Below, piece by piece: positions 11,738 through 23,142 of a stretch of 64,000 nucleotides of DNA; within the stretch, counting starts at the first letter, position 1, and each line of letters starts with the position of its first letter. Below the pieces are notes generated by a model. It saw only the letters and a list, made by a program, of their open reading frames with translations, made no database searches and had not been told where the DNA came from. Both the position numbers and the translations under genes were made by a program. The stretch comes from Anthoceros angustus. Its lineage: Eukaryota > Plantae > Anthocerotophyta. The DNA is taken from NCBI GenBank assembly GCA_010909165.1, contig MU008155.1, forward strand, positions 124,001-188,000, read 5' to 3'.

Positions 11738-14700
11738 TGTGGGAGCGGTCCGGGGCAGAGATTCACCCTCTAGTGGCCACACTTATCCCTTTGTCGTTTA
11801 AATACGTTGGGTTTCGTCCCATGAGACTTGTGGAGCAGTCGGATCTTGAAATCGTCACTACTGCGACTACACACTACCTCGGCCTTCTAAACAAGCAGGC
11901 GCCCTCTCACGCTCCTCTACAGCTACACCGCCTGCCTTTGCTTGTAAATTCACCACGCCTCTACCTACGACACCCCTCGGTGGGTCCACACCCCTCTGGC
12001 GGTGGTCGGGAGCTACACACGTGGGACCCCCTCGTTGCAGCGACTTCACCACCGTGATCTTCACTATTCCTTTCCCATCGCCTTCCCACAATTGGCACAT
12101 CAACCACCAACTCGGCGCGCTCCCGCCTCGTCGATCGCCCTCGACCTACAACCAACAACAAACAATTGTAGGGCCTACCCTCCTACCACCCAGTTGTAGG
12201 AGATCCTGCCTGGTGGCGGCCACACCCTCATTCCTACGTGGGAGGACACCTATCCCAACGCATGCAGGCATCCTGCGGTAGGTGCTGGCCTGACATAGTA
12301 CCGCCTAGTTCAAGGCCTCTCCAACTTCCGGGCTCCAACTACAACATGCGCCCACAAAACTCCACCAGCGGCAGCCACGACACCGCCTGCTCGGATCTCG
12401 CTCCACGGACCTCAGCGACATCCTTCGTGGTCCCGCCCTCTCAGTAGTCCTCTCGCTGGGACCCCCAGCAGTGACCTCACCCGTGATTTTGAGACCTTAG
12501 CCCGGCTTCGGTCTCGGTTTGGTGCATTTGGGACCCCTCCCAGGCTCGACTTGGGCCTTCTTCTTCCTAATCTCTACCTACTCCTCTACTCAACATTCAG
12601 CTCCACATTCTCCTCAACACTCACCTCAACTCAACTCCTCCTCACCTCCTAATCTAACCTTACTTCAAGCTCACTGGCTAGCTCGCTTACGGCTGTTGCA
12701 GGAGTGCGCCTACAAGCAAGTTCTTCCTTGGGCGGGGTTGCTGTGAGTTTGCACCAGACAGCGAGAACCTCCGAGTCTTTCCTGTAGTCTACCCTCAAGC
12801 CGGGAGTTCCTTGGGCATCGCCACACCCAAAGCAAAGCAATTTCACGGCAACCATTCACAAGGGAGCAACTGCGGGCCCGCAGGAGCAGCCCTCCAAGCA
12901 CTCCGACCACCGCAAACTCCTCTCTACCGGACTTTGCGTTAGCTTGCCGGCACGAAATTCCTTCACAAGGAGCAAAGGACTCGCGAGTTTGGGGCGCGCG
13001 ATAATTTTACTTCACAAGCTCCCTCCTTTTATAGGGAGGTCCTCACATACAACCTCCCAGCGCCCTCAGCCTGCCTCACTCCTTATTTAGTGTATCCTGT
13101 TATGGACTTTAAGTTCGACATCCAAGCATCTTGGGTAAAATTCTATTCTAGCTTCACCTATGTGAGCCTTAATGGCTCTGTCAACATTCCTATCTAGCTA
13201 GTCAACACCCCTCTTTGGGTTGACAAGCATGTCTATCCTCCTCTAAAGAAAAGTCTCCCCCAAGCAATGAGCCCACACTCCAAGCTACCAACCCTTCAAT
13301 TACCTCTAGATGTCGTCGCTGGTGATCCTACGGATGTGGGGCCACCCTCTACACCTCCCTAGGGTCACTTCTTATGGCCCTACGCCTCACACTCTCCCAG
13401 AAGGTCTCCGTGGCGGATCTTGCTCCATGCCTTCCTCTTCCTCCTCCAAGTCATCCTCTCGGCCTTCCACATCGGATGTGTTGGGCTGTCCGGCCACCTG
13501 ATGCCGCAAGTGCCTAGCCTCCACATGCAAGCATTAAATTCTCAGCCTCTTCCCCGGCTCCTAGCAACAACTTGCCCTTCTTAGGTGCAGCGCTTTCACC
13601 ATCTTGCACCTTCAAAATGCGCACCAACAAGCTTGGGCACCCTTGTTTACCTAGTTGTCACCTCGGTCTACACACAATTCGAGATTTCTTCACTTGCCAC
13701 ACAAATCCACCAAGAGAGCAACTTCAGCCCTTTTCCACTTACTTCCTCTTCACTCCACGGTCCCACCTAGCTCAAAATGTCCTCCTTGCCACACTCCTTG
13801 CCCAAATCCCTCACTTGCAAGGTCCTCCTTCTCCTTGCACACACACAGGCACCTTCTCCCACCAAGTCCTTGCTCTAGCTTTCCCTTGCATGCACAAGCT
13901 CTTAGTGCAATTCCTTGCAGCTTCCTAGGTGCCACTCCTACACACCCGCTTGCATGGCCACACCCTACTACCTACCCCACATATTTATGTTTTATTATTA
14001 CTTCCTAGGTTTGTACACCTATATGGAATCTTGCTTCCCAAGTATCCAAGTAGTTATCCGTCATCTGCCTCGTGGGAGACCTCACCACTCCTGGTGAGAC
14101 ACTCTCATCCACCTACCTATCTACCTACTACCCTAGTGAGAGCCCACATCACCCTACATCTTATCTCACATCCTACATACCCCATCACTTATTCCCTACA
14201 TACGGTAGGGACGGTGCATGACACGCAGTCCTACCCACATACCCTACATGACCCGCCCTACCACATACATACATGTAGGGACCCTCCTACCATGTAGGGT
14301 CTTGTATTGCCCTCGTCTTGCCCTCGTCACTGCCACCCCTACACCTCCTCGTGGTGCACCACTCAAACACTCTCCCAATTAGCTCTCATGTGACCAAATA
14401 TAATAACACCTCACACAAAAGGCACCCCATCTCAATGCTGATCCACCCCTAGGGCGCTTAGCACTGGAGTTCTTACTTCACTATCCAACACACGCAATTG
14501 GCTGCACAACACTCCTTGAATAAAGCTGGACTTATTCCCGGTGAACTCCTCACACCTCAACAACATCTCGTATCAACCCTCCTTGCTACCCATTCTCCTC
14601 GCGGCCACACAGCGGCCTCCCTTCACTTTGACTTGCTGCAAATTCCCGTCATGATGCACACCCGTTGTGATCCCTTCACCATGTTGCGGCCACGCAACCA

Positions 14701-15642
14701 CGCCTTCCTATGGTTTGGCACACCTCCATCTTGCAGCCCATCTACAAATTCAGCTGCCGTGAGTGCTCTACCACGGCCTTCCTAGTTCAACACGCGCCAT
14801 CCTCACATCGTGACTCCATTGAGAAACACTTCCATGTGCCTCGGCACGCCATGGCCTCCTCTTGCAACCCTTGTGGCTGCTCACCCTCAACATGAGCTCC
14901 TCGCTCCCATCCTTGCAATTCTTGCTCTCTCTCTCTTGAGCTCCCAACCTAGAGCCACGCGGATCTGCACAATTCCACCATTACGCACTTGGCCCATCTT
15001 CCTGCGGCAACCCTTGCCACACATCTCTACCTAGCAGTCCTCCTTGCCAAATCTCAGCAATATGAGCACCTGCCCATGTCTCACTTCTTCCACACATGTG
15101 GCAAATTACTTTGCCTTCCCCTCAAACTTGGTGGTGGTCCCCAATAATCAGGCCTTTGCCTCTGCAAGCCTATCAACAGCTACTTGTGCAGCAACCTCAA
15201 GCTACTTCCTTGGCTTAATTGCCTTCACCCTTTTCCTACCGTGGTAGGAGCTACTCCTACGCCGGTAGGTCATCAAAACGCTAGCTAGGCCGCTTACCTA
15301 CAGTGGTAGGACATTCTCCTACCCATACCTATGGGGGTAGGAGTTCTCTCCACTTAGCCTACCGTGGTAGGAGTTTCTCCTACGGTGGTAGGATACGTCC
15401 TACCACGGTGGGACATCTCCTACCGTTCACATATGTCTCCTACCCTCCTCACTAGAAGGTCATTTCGATCCGTTTCTTTTCCCCTAAGTATCCTCTCTGC
15501 CTTCCGGCATCCTCTGACTCCGGACTTCAATCAGACAAAAACATTTCTCGCATGTTTCCACCAAACCATTTCTATCAAAAGAATTCGGACCTGTTCAAAA
15601 ACAACTCACTTAAACCAGTTGCCCAAACTTTTGCATTCCACA
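11738..15642 (-). repeat. 5' LTR of G1 (~3.9 kb)
   Basis: TG...CA termini on the minus strand, PBS immediately adjacent, TATA-like CCTATAAAAGG at ~13025-13035 (minus). Confidence 0.8.
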
Positions 15643-15850
15643 TCCGGACCTTGAGGTTTGGACTCCAGAAAGAAGATTGGACCCAGAGGTCCGGACCCCA
15701 GAAAGAAGACCGGACCCCAGAAAGAAGACCGGACCCAGAGGTCCGGACTCCGGAGAGAAGACCGGACCCAGAGGTCCGGACTCCGGAGAGAAGACCGGAC
15801 CTGGAAGTCCGGACTCCGGAGTCGAGACTAGACCTTGAGGTCCGGACTGG
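15643..15850 (+). repeat. ~33-bp tandem repeat (GACCGGACCCAGAGGTCCGGACTCCGGAGAGAA, ~5-6 copies) in the U3 of G2, at the G1 insertion point
   Basis: Directly visible; it produces the spurious RTPERRPDPEV repeats in the ORF track. Confidence 0.9.
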
Positions 15851-17074
15851 GAGGCGGAGGTCACCAATCACACACCTGACGGAACCATCTCTTAGAGGGC
15901 CAGACAAGGCCCTGACCAAGAACAAGAGAGGAGGAGGAGGACTTAGTGGTAATGTGGTGTCGAGCGCGCCGGATAGCTCGGCTGACATGGTCTCGAGGGT
16001 AGGGGCCCGCCTCGCCGGATCATCCGATTGGGTCTTGTGATTAGGGTGGGGCTTGGTCCGAGGCGGAACCGAGATTACCGCCGGCATAGATAGGCAGATA
16101 AGGGAGATAAATGGTGGCGGCGGCCAAAGAGGCCCAAACTGGCCACCAACTGGAATAGAGTGTAATAAAGCCGACCTTGGGCGTAGTATAAGAAAGCTCT
16201 AGTAAAGTATCTTTCTCTTGAGTGTTGATGCGTTTCCTTGCGAGACCCTTGTCGTCTTCTTGCTAACGTGAGTCTGAGTCAAGGCGAGCACAGCGGCTGG
16301 AGGCAGATCCAGTCGGTGATGGACCCTAACGTGTGTGGTGTGTGCGAGGGGCAAGCGACCGAGACTTGCTGCGTCGGGCGGCGGCCCGGCGTTGGGCGGG
16401 CCGGGCGTGTGGCCGGAGGAACTCGGGAGGCGTGTAGAGCCCAAACGGAGAGGCCCGGTGAAGCAGCGGAGGAGGTCCGGACCACGCAGCCCATTTTTTC
16501 CAAGAGCGATGAGAGATGTGGAGTGTGAGATTTTAGATAGACGAGAGTGGTAAGAGGAATGGACTAGAAGTACGAGGCGGGCTCGAATGATGCAGACTTG
16601 AGCAGGTCCTTAAACGTTGGCCTCCGCAAAGAGTTGATGACATCACGTAGATAGTAGCGGAAGCGATAAGCGTGTGTTTAAGTGCGAAAAGCGTGGAGCG
16701 GTGAAAGCGATAAATGGAGACCCATCATTCTCTTAAGAGCGGACTCCTTACTACAATGACATGGGATTGTGCGCGCCCGGATGGCCGTCAGTGAAAGTCG
16801 CGCCACATTTTGGCGCCATTGCCGGGGAATGAGATCGCTCCGTAGCATAGTGGGAAGGTAAGTGTGGATGTGTAGAGGACGTGAGGTGGTCAGAACGAAT
16901 CGCTGAGTGAACCGGACGTTGTGACCGCCAGAGCGCTCCGAGCGCAGGCACGTGAGAGGCGGCGAGCTCAACGTGAGGATACGGTGAGGTAAGTACCAGC
17001 AGATTTGTCGGGCGTGAGGAGGGCGTAGTACAAAGTCGAGGTGGCGGAGGGGCGGTTCCTCAACCAGCTGTGGC

Positions 17075-20000
17075 ATGATGGCGACGACGTCGACAAAGCA
17101 AGCATACTCCCTCTTTGGGGGAAAAAAAGAGCGGGATGCGGAAACCTTTGTGGAGGATTTCGTGTCAGCGAACTCAATGCAGGCTCGACGCCCAGCTCAT
17201 TCATTGTTCGGTTCTTGGGGATGGCGGCCTGGTCGGGAGGAAATGCCACCCGAACGCCCCCTGCGACCTTTGAGCGGCGAAGGATGCCTTGGAGAGATTC
17301 CGTGGAATCGAAGGAAACTACGTCTGTCAAGCTCGAGAATCAAGCAAAAGGCAAGACGAAGTTGGGATCGTACATCGGCGGTTCTCGCCCTCGGGACCGG
17401 CACCCACACCACCATGCGGTGGTGTGATGGTTCGGCAGCCTACTCCAATGGCCAAGCATGTCTTTGCTGCTCGCGAGAAGGATGTGAGTAAGCGGTCAAT
17501 GGAGAACTACAAAGAATCGATGCACCAGAAGGGCGAGGGCGCCTCATTAGGAAGAAGAAAAGAAGAGGCGGGATCGAATCCAAGATGAAGAGCCCTCGGA
17601 GGAGGGGAGGTGAACGAGTCACTTGAGGAGGAAGAGGAAGGTCTCCAGGAAGCATCAAAGGTTTCTCTGGAGGAGGAACCTCGCCGTAGAAATAAGAAGA
17701 AGAAGCCCAGTAAGCGGAGTAAAAGAAGGAGGTGGTGATACCTTTGGCGAGAGGTTTCGATCACCCCTTGAAAAGAAGCGGTTTGAGGAAGATCCGAGGC
17801 GGGTAATGAAGAGGGTGGAAGGTTGATCAACGGTGAAGGATCGAGAGCGGCGGAAAGCGGCCACCACAGTCCGGACCCATCTATGGTGCGGTGTGCCACC
17901 GGCATGGGCATTCAAAGGCTAAGCCTCCGCGTAGACCAAGTAGAGTACGACTACGGGAAGAGTCAGGAGGCGGTGGGAGGCCGCTTACCAAGTCAGAAGC
18001 ACCGGGGCATTATCCAAAAGCGATGTACCCTACGGCGGACCATCCATGCACCGCCCGATGCAACCTCGCATGGAGCACCTCGAGGATTCTTGAGGCGGTG
18101 GTGCCTTGCATGGGAAATCCAGGCATTATTCCAAGCCCATACCCCACCACAGGTAATGGAGACTTTGAACGCTTGTGTGGGGATTGCAAGCGGGCCAGGC
18201 CATATGGTGAGGCGGTACCATGTCAGAACCCTCGCTCAAGGTGCGCTCTCACCCCGGTGAGAACAGAGCCTACACCCTACCCAAGGCCCGCGCCTCTGCG
18301 ATTGAAGATGCAGTGGCGGAGTGGGAGGAGGCACCAAGGGAACTTTGGGAGGCAGAAGCGGTTTTGCTAAGGAAGAGGGGCTCTAGAGTGCTCAATCGCC
18401 GGAGTCGCAGGAAGGAGCAAAAGGAGAGAAGGCAGCTAAAGAGGAAGAAGAATGAAGAGGGCACCACGGATACGGAGGAGGGTGCTCCCTCAAAGGAAGA
18501 GGAACCAGCCAAGGAAGGCGAGTTGGATCGGGCAGCTCTGCCAGAGGAATCATCCGAGAAGAGACTTCTTGAAGCGGCAACCTAAGGCACGAACCCACCC
18601 AACGTAACACCCCAGTTTCCACCGGATGTGGTTCATGAGGTGACAGAGATGCTTCAGGAGGAGATTCGGCAGGACCCGGAGGTGGTCCGGCCACAACGGG
18701 AAAATGGCGGGAGGCTCGGAGAACCGCAACGGACACACGACACCACGTCGGAGCTGCCCACGCCGTTCAAAGTGGCTGACTTGATGATGAACCAGCGACA
18801 CTGTCGTTTGTTGAAAGACAATCCAATCTGCAAAAATGAGGCCATCAAGGAGACACAACCACGCGGCTGCAGTCGTAAGACCAAACGTGGAGGTGGTGGT
18901 ATCCATCTGACCGGGCGCCCGGTGGTTCAAGTGGAAATCGCTGGGTGCGTGATCAAAAACGTACCACTGGATACAGGCTCGGGAGTCAACCTCATCACGG
19001 AAGCCACAGCTAGGCGGCTCACGGCGTTTGAGCCATCCACCAAAACTCTCAGGATGGCGGACATGTCCCGGGCAGCGGCGGGCTCGAGTCCAAGCAACCA
19101 TAGCGGGGCACCTACACTGGACTTTGTGGTCATCAAGCCGCCCGGACCTCACAGAGTCAGTCTTGTTGGGCGTCCCTGGCTCGGACTCGCTCAGACAAAA
19201 CTACACTTCGGAAGGAAGGAGATCCATTTTAAACCAATCGACTGGGATCCGAAGGTAAGGGAAGGGCGAGTAGCGATCACCTGGAGCAAAGACACATACT
19301 GTGGGGAAACTGTAAGCACCACGGAGGGGTACACATCCGCTGAGGACAGTGGGAACGATGAACGGGAGGACACGGACGATGCCTACCCCTTTCCAAAAAT
19401 CTCGTGGTTGGAGGAGGAGATGGACTACAGGAGGGACGCCTTTGGAGGCGGGTGGTCAGTTTCAGTGGAGGCCGCCAAGTCAGACGAGGACAGGAGGGCC
19501 CACGGATGTCAAAAGGCGAGGCCGGGGAGTGACCGTTTACTTGGATAGCTTTTCAGTGGGGAATGCGGAGGATAAACCTCGGATGGAGGATGACGGCTTT
19601 GGACGCAGAAAATCGGCGAGGGAAAGGGAGACAGTCAATCCCGACGATGTGGAAGATGTGGAGGTCCGACCTGGCAAGTTCCTAAAATTTCGCGAGGGTA
19701 TGCCAGCGGAGTTGAAGCAAGGCCTCACACAACTATTGGGGGAGTTCAGCGAGGTGTTTGCCTTCAAGGTCACGGATATGAAGGGCATTCCCAAAGCGAT
19801 GGGGAGGTATTAGACCTCAAGCGGGCGGTGCACAGTGGATCCGGTATAAACTGAATCCTAAACACTCGTTGAAGGTCAAGGAGGTCCTGGACAAATATTT
19901 GGAGGCGGACATCATCTTCCCAATTGTGAACAGCGAATGGGTAGCACCCATTGTGGTGGTGCCCAAGAAACAGCAAGGCCAGATCCGCGTCTGCCAGGAT

Positions 20001-21280
20001 TGGAGGAAGCTCAATGCGGCCACTGAGAAGGACCACTTTCCCATGCCCTTCGTGGATGACATACTGGACAAGGTGGCAGGACGTAGTACCTACTCCTTCC
20101 TAGATGGGTACTCCGGGTACAACCAACTGCACCTAAGGGAGTCGGACTGGGATAAGACAACATTCACCACGGAGTGGGGGACGTTCGCTTACAAGAGAAG
20201 TGCCTTTGGGATGACAGGAGCACCGGGTCATTCATGCGGATGGTGACCAACGTCTTAGGGATTTCCTGAGGGACTTCATGGAGGTATTCCTGGATGACTT
20301 TTGTGTACACGGAGAAGAGGACAAGCACGTTGGGCACCTGCGGAAGTGCTTGGAGCGTTGTAAAACCAGCTGTGCCTACATCCGGAGAAATGCTACTTTG
20401 GAATGACGGAGGAATCTGTGGGACATTGTGGCATGGGATAGAGGTGGACCAAAACAAAGTCGGCCATTAGGTCCTACGCCACAAATCTGAAGGAGTTGCG
20501 GGGATTTTTGGGCATGGTGGGTTATTACAGGCGGTTCATCCAGGACTTTGCAAAGCGGGCCAAGCTAATGGAGTTGCTCGGAAAGGAGGAGGAGTGGGCC
20601 TGGACACCAGAAAGGGAGGCGGCATTCAAGGATTTGCAGACCACCCTGATCAGTGCTCCAATATTGAAGGTCCGGACTGGGGTAAGCGGTTTCATGTATA
20701 TGTGGATGTGTCGGCATTCGCCATCGGAGTAGTGCTCAGCCAAAAGGACGACAAGCGGAGGGATCATCCGATCTACTACGCTGGAAGGCAGCTCACGCAT
20801 GCGGAACGGAGGTACACTACTACGGAGCGAGAGGCGCTGGGCATGGTGTATGCGGTCAAGAAATTCAGGCACTACCTCCTGCCCAACGAGTTTGTGTTCT
20901 ATGTGGATCACTTCGCGCTCAAACATCTCGTGAATAAAGTGGACTTGTCCGGACGAATTGCGAGGTGGATTCTGTTACTACAGGAGTTCACCTTTGAGGT
21001 GGAGACCAGGCAAGGGCGGCAACACCAAAACGTGGACTTCCTGTCAAGGTTGAAGACAGAGCCACCGGATCGGGGAGACGCCTTCCTGGACGAGGCGTGG
21101 CCACAAAGGTGGAAAGAGCGGAGGCTGTGATAAGAACCCCAAGCTTGTGGGCAGGCGTGCCGTGCGGAGAAGGGGAGGCGGGCGTAGGGGGCGCCCACCT
21201 ATGAGGCTGAGCAGACTTGTGGCGACAGAGATGCCAAGGTGTTGACCTGCGGCTCAAAGAATAGGCCTTTGTACACTATG
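17075..21280 (+). pseudogene. gypsy gag-pol of G2 (frameshifted)
   Basis: ORFs 17075, 18628, 19349, 19869, 20496 and 20594 carry gag, protease, RT and RNase H motifs in gypsy order. Confidence 0.9.
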
Positions 21281-21290
21281 CTCGACCATT

Positions 21291-21523
21291 CATACGGTCA
21301 GCAGGGTCTCCTGAGCCAGCTCCTCCGCTGTCGCGACGCCGCACCCGCCGCGGATCAGCAGGGCCTTCACCCGCGGCGCATAGTGATCGAACAGCGCCAC
21401 GAAAGCCTCGCGGTCGCGGTCCGAGCCGACCCGGACGACGAGATCGTCGAACGCGCGCGACGCGGTCACGGCGCGGCGGTGTCCGGATCGAAAGGCGAGG
21501 GCGCGAGTCGCATGCATGGCCAT
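21291..21523 (-). CDS. rpoE: ECF sigma factor of the RpoE/ChrR (singlet-oxygen) type, N-terminal region 2 only, 3'-truncated
   Basis: DRDREAFVALFDHYAPRVKALLIRGG..ATAEELAQETLLTV matches sigma70 region 2 of RpoE-ChrR group ECFs; breaks just before the conserved W-R-K-A. Confidence 0.85.
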
Positions 21524-21525
21524 GA

Positions 21526-21551
21526 TACGGCGCCGGCGCGCGATTGGATCA
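21526..21551 (-). promoter_or_regulatory. RpoE-type autoregulatory promoter TGATCC-N16-CGTA
   Basis: Minus strand: TGATCC aatcgcgcgccggcgc CGTA tcATGgccATG. Confidence 0.8.
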
Positions 21552-21616
21552 CCCGTGGTGAAGATTGGTCGCGATTTCCCTCGCGACCGCGCGGAACGGA
21601 AAATATCGCCTGGGCT

Positions 21617-21642
21617 CCATCCGAGCGGGCGATCGGGCCGTA
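21617..21642 (+). promoter_or_regulatory. Putative RpoE-type promoter (CCATCC-N16-CGTA) of the divergent oxidoreductase
   Basis: Same spacing and -10 CGTA, 4/6 match at -35; RBS GGAG at 21677-21680 before ATG 21686. Confidence 0.6.
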
Positions 21643-21685
21643 ACTTGACCTGAAGCCGCCGATCAGGATCGCGCCCGGAGCCGAC

Positions 21686-22182
21686 ATGTCCTTGTATTAC
21701 GACGCCCGTTTTCCAAAGCCGCTGAAGATCGCGGTGATCGGCTCCGGCGTCTCGGCCTCTCCTGCGCCTGGCTGCTATCGAGCCGCCATCGTGTCACGCT
21801 GTACGAGAAGGCCGAGCGGCTGGGCGGCATTCGCACACGGTCGACGCGGAGGGCGTCGCGGTCGACACCGGCTTCATCTGCTTCAACGACGTCACCTATC
21901 CCAACCTAGCGGCGCTGTTCGCGCACCTTGGGGTGTCGACCCGCGCCACCGACATGTCGTTCGCCGTGTCGCTGGAGGAGGGTCGGTTCGAATACGCCGC
22001 GCCGGGTCTTTTCGCTCAGCGCCGCAACGCGGTGCGTCCGCGGTTCTGGGCGATGCTCGGCGAGGTGCTGCGGTTCTATCGGCAGGCGCCGCAGGACCTG
22101 ACGGCCCTGGGCGATCCCAACCTGACGCTGGGGACTATCTGCGCCGGGAGGGCTTCAGCGACGCCTTCCGCGACGACCATCT
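21686..22182 (+). CDS. NAD(P)/FAD-binding oxidoreductase (COG2907, R. sphaeroides RSP_1091/UfaD-like), N-terminal part, frameshifted and truncated
   Basis: Joining frames gives KIAVIGSG.S.LSCAWLL..HRVTLYEKAERLGGHSHTV..VAVDTGFICFNDVTYPNLAALFAHLGV.T.ATDMSFAVSLEEGRFEY..GLFAQRRN.VRPRFWAMLGEVLRFYRQAP..TLGDYLRREGFSDAFRDDHL. Confidence 0.88.
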
Positions 22183-22183
22183 N
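22183..22183. other. Single N (assembly join or gap)
   Basis: Only ambiguous base seen in the window; unrelated sequences on each side. Confidence 0.95.
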
Positions 22184-23142
22184 CGCTTCATGTTATCCGA
22201 TGCGGCTATCCACGGAGCTCCAAGAAGTGTGTCGGCCGCCTCGCTCCTCACGGAGGCCGAGTACAAAGCTTTGACGGAGGCAAGAAGCTACCGAGCGCTG
22301 TCAGACGTTTTGCCTTCAAATTTTACCTATTCTCTGTGACAACAAGTCCACGATTGCCATGATCGCTAACCCTCGGTTCCATGCCCGCATTAAGCACATC
22401 GAGGTGCATCACCATTTTGTCCGCACTGTGGAATGTGGAGTCAAAATTCAGATGTGCCAATCGACTTAAACACGGCATTTGCTCACCAAGTATCTCGCAC
22501 ACAAGCAAGCACCATCTCCACATGGAGGCTATGGGCATTATTCTTAGCGCCGCTTTAATTTCTTTGGTGTTATGGTGGATGAATCTATTCGAAACCAAGC
22601 ATGACCATGCAGCCCATGGAACATGATCACTTATCCTCGTGGAAGCCGACCGGGCGGTGGCTATCTTGAATTGCTCCTCCAATTCTTCCTCTTCGTGTCG
22701 CCCTAATCCTCCTCCATTTCCTTATGTTGAACGCGATGAGAACCGGCATTCCCAACTTAGGAGCCGCCATCTCGCCTGCGGACGAATCTCGCCATTCGTT
22801 GTTGCGCGCCGCTGGCCTTCCTCGCCTTCCTTCCGCCTCTGGTGAATTGGCATGCAGAACACCGCTGATTGCAAAGGCGCAGAGCGCCGACATTGCACAA
22901 GTGAGCCGCCATCACCGCCACGCCTCCTTTCTGCTACCGGCTCGCCACGGGCGTGTTTGGATAAACCCCGCTTAGGGTTTAGACTAACCATAGTTGGGGT
23001 TTAGTTACTTAAGGCACTGTAGCTAGCGTTGGGTTGAGTTAGGATGGAGAGACGGACTCAAGAGTCTTGTATAAACGATCGGCGAGTGCTCATTATAATT
23101 ATTCACTCAAGCATAACATAAGTGTACTTGAGCCTTTTCTCA
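22184..23142 (+). mobile_element. 3' end of copia C2 (RNase H, 3' UTR, short ~125-bp 3' LTR 23018-23142) inserted in gypsy G3 pol
   Basis: TEAEYKALTEA..LCDN..IA.IANPRFHARIKHIEV.HHFV; TGTAGCT...TTTTCTCA followed directly by gypsy pol (EVRPGKFLKFRKGMP). Confidence 0.75.

Larger units (their letters stand above)
1..15642 (-). mobile_element. Ty3/gypsy (non-chromovirus, Athila/Tat-like PBS) LTR retrotransposon G1, non-autonomous, very long LTRs; 3' LTR runs off the left edge and is interrupted by copia C1
   Basis: Sequence 1-971 plus 6900-7307 repeats ~14330-15642. On the minus strand the 5' LTR reads TGTGGAA (15642)...CCCACA (11738), followed by PBS TGGCGCTGCTGTCGGG (11733-11718). PPT GGAGGGGAG (7316-7308) precedes the 3' LTR. 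Internal gag-like remnants (EGESLYDYVEGF ~10035-10075; CHFCG..GHVE.YC-like knuckle ~8265-8310) and integrase remnants (~7690-8010). Confidence 0.85.
15643..21290 (+). mobile_element. Ty3/gypsy (non-chromovirus) element G2: right part of 5' LTR, gag, PR, RT, RNase H; truncated at the start of the integrase by bacterial DNA
   Basis: LTR end ...CGCCACA (16807) then PBS TGGCGCCATTGCCGGGGA (16811-16828). Gag MATTSTKQAYSLFGGKKERDAETFVEDF (17078). PR VPLDTGSGVNLI (~18960). RT EWVAPIVVVPKK..RVCQDWRKLN..FLDGYSGYNQ. RH VDVSAFAIGVVLSQ..TEREALGMVYAVKKFRHYL..DHFALK. Confidence 0.92.
21291..22182. other. Alphaproteobacterial (Caulobacterales-like) DNA fragment
   Basis: Very GC/CpG-rich, bacterial codon style, two divergent bacterial genes with promoters and an RBS; ends exactly at the N at 22183. 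Confidence 0.9.

Noticed and set aside
15643-15850. Regular 33-bp repeats as a CRISPR array, or the RTPERRPDPEV ORFs as a real protein
   Set aside because: Head-to-tail units with no unique spacers and no cas genes; lies in an LTR U3 and is open on both strands simply because the unit is 33 bp and GC-rich.
21686-22339. 217-aa ORF as a bacterial-copia fusion protein
   Set aside because: It crosses frameshifts and the N at 22183; an artefact of the join.
22970-23005. TTAGGGTTTAG as an interstitial telomere
   Set aside because: Only 1-2 units within a copia 3' UTR; not an array.
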